64,000 nt of DNA, from positions 31,744,001 through 31,808,000 of the forward strand of contig NC_043004.1 in the NCBI RefSeq assembly GCF_006345805.1, given 5' to 3'. The position numbers and the translations under genes are program-made. The notes beneath the pieces are model-generated. The model did no database searches, was not told the DNA's origin, and saw only the letters and a program-made list of their open reading frames with translations. The DNA is from Octopus sinensis (taxonomy: Eukaryota). Positions 11,628-21,199 of the stretch are shown in pieces (position 1 is the stretch's first letter; each line of letters starts with the position of its first letter).

Positions 11628-13095
11628 TTACGGTTGTGAGAGGGAGCATGGCAGCTTTTGTTTGCCTGCTTCCCCCACATTCTCCGTTGTTGCTGGGCAT
11701 TTAACCGGCGTTGCCACCGGGCTCTGGGATGGAGTGGCTGCCGGGCTAATATTCAATTTTCCAGCTATCACCTCTTGTGTGACATCTTTAATCAGGTTGT
11801 CCCTCACGTGTAGTTGGAAGAGTCTCTCCTTCCATTCCTCCTCTCCAACCTTCGCATACCTCCAATCCGGGTTTTTTTCCGATGATTTGAAACATTTTAT
11901 GTTTGGTTTCGCCTTTATGTACCAAACTACTCTCTCGTTTTTTGTGTTATAAGCAATGCACCTATCGGTTTTTTTGAATCCTTTTAAAGTGGGGGCTGGG
12001 GTTAATGAAATGCTGGCCTACAAAAGTAGTGCCAGCGGGGTGGGATTGGATAATTTTTTTGTGTTGTTCTGCGTTTGTTTTTCTTTTGTGTTGGGGTGGG
12101 GAGTCCGGGGTATTGGATTTCTTCCTTTTGTTGGTTACAGTTGTATATTCCATTACTTCCAGTTCTTTTCCATTTGATAAAATATTTTCCACCTCGTTTT
12201 CGTTTTCGCTTTGTTTTCCATTCATTTTCTTTTCCTCCTTTTGACTTTCATTTTGCTTTTTCCGGGTATTCTCTTTTGTTGTGCTGTGATGTCTGCTTTG
12301 TTCTCCACAGCGGTTTGAATGGGGGCATTAACGGGTTTTTTCTTTTTGCACTCTGAGCGGACGTGACCCTTCTGCCCACATTTGAAACATCTGGGCCTAC
12401 GTCCCTCCACCGATACCCGCGCAGTGTGTCCATCCCCCACGAAGACCCTGTCTGGCAAACTCTCCAGCGTTGCATTGTCAGCTTGAACGATCATTTCAAG
12501 CTGCTGACCTTTCCAAAATTTTGCCTCTTTCATCCTCATGTTTAAAATGTTTAATTTCTCTTCTACGTCGAATACGACCGCTGTTGCTGCCCACATTACA
12601 TCGTAACCTGTTGGTATATCCTCTATTGTTATCTTAGCTGTTCTGCGCCCTAAGTACGTGGGCAGCAACAGGATGTCTGCACTCTTCAACGTTTGAGTTG
12701 AAATTCCTTGCTATGCTAGCCGACTCGAAATGCTTCACAATAGTAGCGCTTCTCACTCCTCGGCCACATAGCGAACCTTGTTCCAAATTGGTGCCATGCA
12801 CCGTTCTACCAATTCATTTCTTACATCTGCAATCTTTTTTTCCTTAATATTATATACCTTATAAATTACCGTCTTCTCACGGATTGCTTGTAAGGTGTCG
12901 GGGGCGGTTATTCTCGTTTCTTCTCCATTCCTTGTATGAACTTTCTGAACTTGAAGAGATCCTCCATTGTTACTTCCAGTTCTATAACATTGCCTCCAAC
13001 GGCTTCCGAAAAACTGTTTTCTCCTTTGTATCCTTTTGCTTTATAACTTCTCCCATCTCGGGAAAATCAAAATTTGACGTTAAGTCAAGATCCAT
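11628..13095 (-). pseudogene. Tx1 ORF1, copy 2, frameshifted
   Basis: CFKCGQKGHVRSEC in ORF 12222-12689; collinear with copy 1. Confidence 0.85.
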
Positions 13096-13312
13096 AATAA
13101 AATGCAAGTGACTTGTCACAAGAGACAAGATAAAAATTAAATCCACACTGAATTAAAGTTCATATATAAAAAGAAATTTTCTACCCCGAAGGGCGAAAAT
13201 TACTTTGTTTCACAAGTTAATACTCCAAAAATTGTACGTGTAAATCCAGAACAGAACGAACTAACATAACAGCTTACAGCGTAAAATAATCCGACGTAAT
13301 CCAAGGAAAAAT

Positions 13313-13329
13313 CAGTAGGTGTCGCTTCC
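13313..13329. repeat. 17-bp TSD (copy 3 of 3)
   Basis: It is followed by gacaatctctgttc, where the monomer resumes in register. Confidence 0.95.
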
Positions 13330-13613
13330 GACAATCTCTGTTCAAAGGTTTTATTTACCTAGCTTCGGTGGAATACATCCACTTGTTTTCAATAATAGAA
13401 ATATTAAAATTACTAAGTCTCTCTAAAAGAGAACAACGGCAGCGTTCCCGGAAAATATTAGTTATCGCCATACTAATATGGCATTCTTATAAAAATAAGA
13501 AAAAAGCTGACCGCTTATTAGCTCCATGAGGCCATCGCCTTAAGTTAGCTATTTGATACACAATCTGTATCCATATAACCTTTGAACAAGGGAGGTCAGT
13601 CGCTCCACACTAC

Positions 13614-13673
13614 TTGGCCGGCAGCTACAGACGCGTTTCGGGGTATTGCCCCTTTTCAATGCAGCGTAGCCAA
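13614..13673 (-). ncRNA. Type I hammerhead ribozyme, monomer upstream of the LINEs (cleavage 13630/13629)
   Basis: Identical motif to 1831-1890. Confidence 0.85.
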
Positions 13674-14383
13674 ACCAGTAGGTGTCGCTTCCGACAATCT
13701 CTGTTCAAAGGTTTTATTTACCTAGCTTCGGTGGAATACATCCACTTGTTTTCAATAATAGAAATATTAAAATTACTAAGTCTCTGTAAAAGAGAACAAC
13801 GGCAGCCTTCCCGGAAAATATTAGTTATCGCCATACTAATATGGCATTCTTATAAAAATAAGAAAAAAGCTGACCGCTTATTAGCTCCATGAGGCCATCG
13901 CCTTAAGTTAGCTATTTGATACACAATCTGTATCCATATATTCCAGTTAAATTTACAATTTAAAAATAGGATAAAATCTTTATAAGAAATTATCAAGTAG
14001 TTAGTATGAAAAACCGGAATATATTCAGTGCTGAATTTTATTCTGAATAAACACCTGTACCGAGATGCAATTGGAAAAGCTCACCTCTTACATAGACATT
14101 CAAGTGTGAACAATTCTATGTACTATGCTGGATACATTTGATGTTCGTCTGGTATGTTGGTTTTTTGTTCCTTTTTATGTGTCTTGATTATGCATGCATG
14201 ACGATTAAAAAGTGCATTTTATGAACTAATTATGAAATCATATGATCTGCAACTGAATCTGTTTTTAAAAGGCTTGCTTCGAGAGTTACATTCCCACACG
14301 TTCGGTAAAATGTGTTTATTATGGTAGTTTTGACTTTAAGAGTCCCTCCTAGTATGAGGCATTTATGTATAGTAATGCCCTTA

Positions 14384-14431
<48 letters not shown>

Positions 14432-15014
14432 TTCGTTTTGGTATGTAGTTTGCAAGATTCTTTATGTGAATTCATGTCTTAAAGCAAATTTTATAGTGTC
14501 TGGGGAGAGTCATATTGTACACCCACCAGTTCGATTTCTACTCATTTTTTATTTATACTTTTTCTCCCAAAATTCTTGTTACTTTTGCCACCTTGTCAAC
14601 CTTGTAATGACATTATTACCATTTTTAAACCCAGGAGAACACCTACTCCAGCTGGTTATTGATGCAATCTGCACCCAATGCATACTGCAAACAGGGAAGC
14701 TTGCAATATATATGTGACAACCGGTCACTGATTTTTCTACATATTGTGAGGTGGAACAAACTACTGCTATCTCTAGTGGATGGGTGTCTACCACTGAGGA
14801 TGAGCAGAAATAGCTCAAAACCAGACAGTCTGGTGGTCTTATCATCACTAGGAGATGGGGTGGGGTACACTCCCCTGCTTGAAATATATATCAGGTGTAG
14901 ATTTCATCAATAATCAACTGGAAGAAGTGTCCACGAAGAAGTTAAAAGCAGTAGTAATGTTGGTTCCTACAGAACAGCCATGTTGAAGTGGCGATAAACA
15001 TTACTTATATATAT

Positions 15015-16882
15015 CATCATCATCATCATCGTTTAACGTCTGCTTTCCATGCTAGCATGGGTTGGACAATTTGACTGAGACTGGCGAACCAGACGGCTGC
15101 ACCAGGCTCCAATTTTGATCTGGCAGAGTTTCTACAGCTGGATGCCCTTCCTAACGCCAACCTCACCAAGAGTGTAGTGGGTGCTTTTATGTGCCACTGG
15201 CACAAGGTCCAGTCAGGCGGTACTGGCAACGGCCACGCTCAAATGGTGTTTTTTACGAGCCACCTACACAGGAGCCAGTCCAGTGGCACTGGCAACGACC
15301 TCACTCGAATGTTTTTTCACATGCCACCAGCACAAGTGCCAGTAAGGCAATGCTGGCAACGATCATGCTTGGATGGTGCTCTTAGCACTCTACTAGCACA
15401 GATGCCAGTCATCAAATTTGATTTCGATTTCACTTGCCTCAACAGAGTTTAGTGTCCAATGAAGGAAAGGTACACATAAGTGGGCTGGTTACACCCGTGG
15501 CATAGGCCACGATGTTATGGTCTCACTTGGCTTGCCATGTCTTCTCAAGTACAGCATATTTCCAAAAGTCTCGATCACTAGTCATTGCCTTGGTGAGGCC
15601 TAATGTTCGAGGGTCATGCTTCACCACTTCATCTCAGGCCTTCCAGGGTCTACTTCTTCCACAGTTTCCCTCAACCGCTAGGGTGTGGCACTTTTTCACA
15701 CAGCTATCCCCATCCATTCTCGCCATACCAGCACATTCGTCCCTCTTGCACACCACATCTGATGCTTCTAAGGTCCAACTTTTCTCTCAAGGTACTTACA
15801 CTCTGTCGAGTATGCACACTGACATTACACATCCATCGGAGCATACTGGCTTCATTCCTTGCGAGCTTATGCATGTCCTCAGCAGTCACAGCCCATGTTT
15901 CACTGCAATGTAGCATGGCTGTTCGTACACATGCATCATACAGTCTACCTTTTACTCTGAGCGAGAGGCCTTTTGTCACCAGCAGAGGTAAGAGCTCTCT
16001 GAACTTTGCCCAGGCTATTCTTATTCTAGCAGCTACACTTTCAGCGCACCCTCCCTTGCTACTGACTTGGTCACCTAGGTAACGGAAGCTATTAACTGCT
16101 TCTAGTTTTTCTCCCTGGAATGTGGCGGAAGTTGTTCTCTGCACATTTTCAGTGTTATTTATTGCTCCTGAGCATCTGCCACACACAAAAACTATCTTCC
16201 CAGTTAACCTTCCTTTGATATCGCTGCACTTCTTATGTGTCCATAGCTTACACTGGGTACATTTTATAGAGTTTCTACCTATGCCTTTTCTATAGATTGA
16301 GCAGGGCCATCTACCTGAAGGGACTTGTGGTTTGCCTGCCTTCCTACTTATTAGGACTTTGGTTTTAGCTAGGTTGACTCTAAGGCCCTTCGATTCTAAT
16401 CCTTGTTTCCACACCTGAAACCTCTCCTCCAGTTCTGATAGTGACTCAGCAATTAGAGCAAGGTCATCAGCATATGGGAGCTCTCAGGGGATCCTATCTT
16501 GAATTCCTGTTATTGCCTGGAGCACTATGATAAATAGGAGGGGGCTGAGGACTGAACCTTGGTGGACCCCTACCTCTACCTGGAATTCTTCACTGTACTC
16601 GTTGCCAACCCTCACCTTACTGAAAGCATCCTTGTACATGGCTTGCTCAGCTCTCACTAACCATTCATCTATCCCTAGTTTTCTCATTGACCACTAGATA
16701 AGGGATTGGGGGACCCTATCAAAGGCTTTCTCCATGTCAACAAAAGCCAGGTACAGAGGCTTATCTTTGGCTATTTCTCCTGCAGCTGTCTTACCAGAAA
16801 TATAGCATCAGTGGTGCTTCTCCCTGGCATGAACCCAAACTGCATCTCATCTAAACTGACTCTCTCCCTAATTAGTTGTGCA
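15015..16882 (-). mobile_element. 5'-truncated RTE-clade LINE with a long 3'UTR and (GAT)n tail
   Basis: Motifs: QFGFMPGRSTTDAIFLVRQLQEK, GVHQGSVLSPLLFIIVL, FRYLG and RIRIAWAKFRELLPLL. The 3'UTR matches 41590-42185. Confidence 0.85.
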
Positions 16883-17760
16883 TATGGCGGTGAGGGTAGT
16901 AGTGCTGGTTTTTTGCCCAGTTTTTGGTTTTCTTGTGGTTGTTGTTGTTTTTCATGATCTTGTTGTTGCTGTTGTTGGGCACGTATTTTGTAAGTGTGTG
17001 TTGCTATCACAAATGTAGCAACAAGGCTTTCTGCCTTTGATGGCCACATGTAAACTTGAATCCTCTCTCAATTGGATTCGATGTGGAATTTTTTCGTAAA
17101 TCATTGAATTAATCTGAGCAAGAACTTTGATTTCTTGGCCAATCCAGTTTTGCTGGTCCATGACAGCGATTTCCAAAATATGGATTTTGTCCTCGATATC
17201 ATAGCAAATGGCGGACATGAGCTACTTTATTTCTATTTCAGGATGCACATTCTTTATTTTAATTTTTTTGACCCTACGGCCAAGGTATGTTGGGAATCAT
17301 CAATAAATTTTCAAATTGGAAGGACTTTGTGGAGAGGTCCTTGGCTCTTTCTTCACTATCGAATCAAACTTTGATCGTGGCAAATTTTTTCGATTTTTTC
17401 CGTGATGTCTTGTGGTGTTTGTAGTTGTATGCTGAGGTCATCATTTTTAACATTGCTTTACAGGCAAACAGTTCATCTTTGGAAAAGCACATGATTGTTT
17501 TCTTTAGCTTTAAAGCTGCGGCAAAATTGTTTCCGGTATCCATGTTGGTAGTGGTGGTAGCAGTGGTAGAGCCAGTGATTGTAGTAGCAGAAGCATTCCT
17601 GATTTCTAAGGCCTGTGTGTGTTCACATGCAACGGCTTTACTTTCAGCTTCCTTCACCTCTAGTATTGGTAGAGGCAGGAAGTCGGCCTCATCATTCCGC
17701 TGAGCCATATTTGTTTAGAAATATGGCAAGGAAATCGAAGAAAATGGAAATGGAAATAAG
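16883..17760 (-). mobile_element. Decayed Tx1-like ORF1 fragment (CCHC knuckle)
   Basis: VAIKGRKPCCYICDSNTHLQNTCP (16952-17218). ILEIAVMDQQNW resembles the ORF at 22046-22645. Confidence 0.65.
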
Positions 17761-17774
17761 TTTGAAACTGACCC

Positions 17775-17923
17775 AAATTGTAAATTTAACTGGAATATAT
17801 GGATACAGATTGTGTATCAAATAGCTAACTTAAGGCGATGGCCTCATGGAGCTAATAAGCGGTCAGCTTTTTTCTTATTTTTATAAGAATGCCATATTAG
17901 TATGGCGATAACTAATATTTTCC
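17775..17923 (+). repeat. Inverted 149-bp copy of the terminal part of the ribozyme array (matches 13813-13961); lacks the HHR
   Basis: Reverse complement of ggaaaatattagttatcgcc...ccatatattccagttaaatttacaattt. Confidence 0.9.
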
Positions 17924-18053
17924 CTTGAAAGTACACTCAAATGAAGGCTAGGTGCTTTACACACCTTGTGTGCAAAAATTGGAACAAAATGCGTGCAATA
18001 AAAGGTCAAAAAAAGGGATTACCTGCGGAGCCGATGCGACATCATGTCAGTCA

Positions 18054-18117
<64 letters not shown>

Positions 18118-18126
18118 ATAGATAGA
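18054..18126. repeat. (GATA)n microsatellite / LINE tail
   Basis: Directly visible. Confidence 0.9.
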
Positions 18127-18376
18127 TTGGCCACACGGGGCTGTACACAGAAGGGACAAAATACAAAGTAGGGCTTTTCTTTTTGGGAAGAAGTGAAGGG
18201 GAAAAAAGGGGAGGGTGAATTCCGATCAAAAGGGATCATGAAAAAAAAGTGAGGCCAATCAATAGAGATCGTGTATCACAGAAATGTCAATGTAAAAGGG
18301 GAAAACAGATTATGTTTGTCCGTGGATAGAAAAGCCTATGGAAAAGACCCCGGGGACCTTGGGCAATAGTGTCATA
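18119..18376 (-). mobile_element. 3' end of a second Tx1 family (ends in (TCTA)n)
   Basis: Closely similar to 23740-23990, which is contiguous with a Tx1 ORF2 fragment. Confidence 0.65.
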
Positions 18377-18379
18377 CTA

Positions 18380-21199
18380 AAAGAGGAATTACAACCGTGT
18401 TTCGTGGTCTGCTACCACAACAGCTCCTTTATAGGATCCAGTTAGCTCAAGACATCATCAGGAGGAACCACGTCCGGTTTCGGCCCCTACTCCTCTACCG
18501 TTTTGACGTGGCGCCCCCACCCTTCTTTCGGAGGTGTCTTCAGCTCTGGTGTTGGGTGCATGTCTTCTTTCTTCTGTTCCCTGGCCTCTTCGCTTTTTCT
18601 AAACGACCGTCACCTGACAGGTAGTCCCAGCAAGTTGTCACGTGACACTGTCTCACCTTAACTAACTAGTGAAGGCGCGTAGTTTTAGCCCGCACTTTTT
18701 CTAAACGACCGTCACCTGTCAGTCAGCTGGTCTCACCTAATGATGTTATTTCCCGTCGGCATGTTTATGACTTTCAAGCCATTTTCGGTCTTCCCGCTTC
18801 AGCCATATATAGAAGCTGGCTTTTTCGACCGCCTCCTGTACTCTCCTTATTAGTTTACGCAGCTCGGGGCTAGAAAAAACAAATCTTCTTTTGAAAAGCG
18901 TTGTCATTTTTTTTTCAATGAAGCCTCTAGCCCCCACTGCCAGGTGATAATATTCGACATTCCATCCCTGTTCTCTGCATTCTTCGATTAGCTTTTCATA
19001 CCTCTTCTCCTTTTGTTCCTCTGCATTGCCGATGTTCTCTTCCCAAGGTACTGTCAGTTCTAGTAAAATTCCCATTCTCCGGTCTCTGTTCCAAAGAACT
19101 AAATCCGATCTTTTTGTTGTTTTTATTAGTGGAAATATTACTTGTCTTTCCAAGTCCGTGGCCACCTCCCAGTATCCCTTCAATCTTTCGTCTATCTCGT
19201 ATACTTTACTTGTAGGCCTGGTTTTATAACCTTTTCCCTCTTTGTGGAAGTATACTCTCCTGCGCTTTCTACTTTTGGGTATTCTCCCCTATTGTACCTC
19301 TCAATCTTATTCTTGAGTGCTGCGCTTATGACGCCGAGGACTTGATTATGCCGCCATGTATATCTTTCAATTGCTAGTCTGCAACCTGACAGAACATGTC
19401 TAACCGTCGCTTTCTCTCCGCATCTCCCTTCGTCGGTTGTTTTTATGTTCCACCGGACTAAGTTCGCCGGTGAGGGTAGAACGTCGAAGGTAGGCTTGAT
19501 CAGGAAGGATGTTCTTGCTTGTTCCCAAGCCCAAAGTTCCTTCCCTGATATTCTGCGGTTGATCACATATTCCTCCCATCTCAGGCACTGTCCCTGTTGA
19601 CTGCATTGCACCAAATGTACATTTCGCCTTTATTCTTCCTCCTTTCTCACTTCGTATACCACTGCCTCTTTCATCTCTTTTTCTCTTGCAAAATGGCCTG
19701 AAGTTTTGCGATGCTAGGCCGGTTCTAGCTTCTTGCGTCGCTCCGACTATATCTGCGTGCCTTAATTTTCTGATCGCCCTGTTTACTGCCTCTTCCGCCT
19801 TCCATTTCCTCCCTGTTCGTACCTTTGGAGGGTTTTCCTGGATGCTCTGATCTTTTGAGTACCTTAGCATCATTACTGTCCTTGCCTTTCCTGCCTTATA
19901 TTCTTCGGCGATTGATGTTATTGGTAGTTGCAGCACGGGTTTTCCATATAGTGCAGTTGTATTCAGTGGTTTCGGCAGACCAAGCCATTTTCTGATAAAC
20001 ACACTGCATCTTTGCTCCATCTTTTCTACTATACTCGAGGCTATTTCGTACATTTGCAATGACCACATAATTCTTGGGTATAGCCCAAATTGCAGTATCT
20101 AACATTTGAATTTTCCCAGCAGCGTTGTTCTGTCAATTGCCTTTAATCCTTGTTCTACTAACTCGTGCGTTTCTTTCCCTTGCTTCTTATCATTTAATAA
20201 ATCTCTATACCATCTGCCGAGACTCTTTACTGGTTGTTCTTTCACCGTTGGTATGTCTTCACTTCCTATCCTAAATTTCACTTCTTCTTGCCTTCCTTTC
20301 ACGAAAGCCACGCTTCGAGATTTTTTGGCTTTGAATTTCATCCTTGCCCATCCTATCAGTTCGTCCAACCGCTCTAACGTTCCCTCTGCTGCTTCTCTAC
20401 TTTCCGATAATATAGTTACATCGTCCATAAAAGCCCTTAATGGTGTCTTTGTAACAGCTTTCTCACAGTTTGTAGATCTGAGTAGCATTTCCATGACTAG
20501 CACGAATAAGATGACTGATATCGTGCATCCGGCTGCAATACCTATTTAAAGCCGTTGCCACTCCGTTGTGAACTTACCTGCTGTAAATTTCATCCTCAGG
20601 TTGTCGTAGTACGACATGAGCATTCGTTGAACATCTTTTGGAATCCAAAAGACGTCCATCGCTGTTTTTATTATTGCGTGCGGAACAGATCCATAGGCAT
20701 TGGCAAGATCTAGCCAAACAATATACAGGTTTGTCTTCTTTTGTTTTGCACAGGTGATGGCTTCCCAGATGGAAAATGCGTGTTCTATGCACCCAGGGAT
20801 TCCTGCTTTTTGAATCGCTTCATTAACGTATCCGTTATGCTGTACGAATCTTATAATTCGTCTAGCAATTATTCCAAACATGATTTTCCCGTCTGTATTT
20901 AGTAGTGAAATCGGTCTAAATTGGCCTAGTGCTTTTGCCTCTTTTTCTTTAGGTAGATAGATACCTTCGGCTATACACCATCGCTCCGCTACATCTTTCT
21001 TCTTCCACATTTCTCTTATCAGTGCAAACAGCTGCAAACGTAATTTTGGGCAATATTTGTATACCTTGTAGCTCACTCCATCGTTCCCTGGTGCACTTTT
21101 TGCTCTTGCTTTCCTTATGAATTCATCCATTTCTTTCCGTTTGATGTCGCTCAAATCAAATGGTACTCTTGGTTCAGGTGGTTTCTTCAGTCCGTGCAT
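18380..21199 (-). mobile_element. 5'-truncated Hero-like (R2 group) non-LTR retrotransposon with RT and restriction-like endonuclease; frameshifted
   Basis: Motifs: KARAKSAPGNDGVSYKVYK, FRPISLLN, WLDLANAYGSVPH, FMDDVT, degenerate knuckle RCGEKATVRHVLSGC, RYTWRHNQVL, and RLE KRSDLVLW...LELTVPWEEN...KEKRY. The 3' boundary is approximate. Confidence 0.82.

Larger units (their letters stand above)
7979..13312 (-). mobile_element. Full-length Tx1-clade LINE, copy 2 (5334 bp), nearly identical to copy 1
   Basis: Same 5' and 3' termini and ORFs as copy 1. It differs by a few substitutions and small indels. Confidence 0.93.
1672..13961 (-). mobile_element. Tandem array of ~363-nt HHR-containing monomers (non-LTR retrozyme or Penelope pLTR-like), about 4.3 monomers in total, interrupted by two Tx1 LINEs
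   Basis: Near-identical units with 362-363-nt period at 1672-2634 resume in register at 13330-13940. A 21-nt non-repeated leader follows at 13941-13961. Each complete unit carries a hammerhead. Confidence 0.85.

Noticed and set aside
18395-18430. CTGTT-GTGGT-AGCAG-ACCAC-GAAAC (minus), resembling HHR stem II + GAAA
   Set aside because: The core lacks A6 and A9, and stem III is not supported.
18450-18490. GGCC-GAAA-CC..GGTT-CCTC-CTGATGA-TGTC in the Hero 3' region, with HHR core words in type II order
   Set aside because: Only 4 nt lie between the putative cleavage site and CUGAUGA, so stem I cannot form, and there is no convincing stem II.
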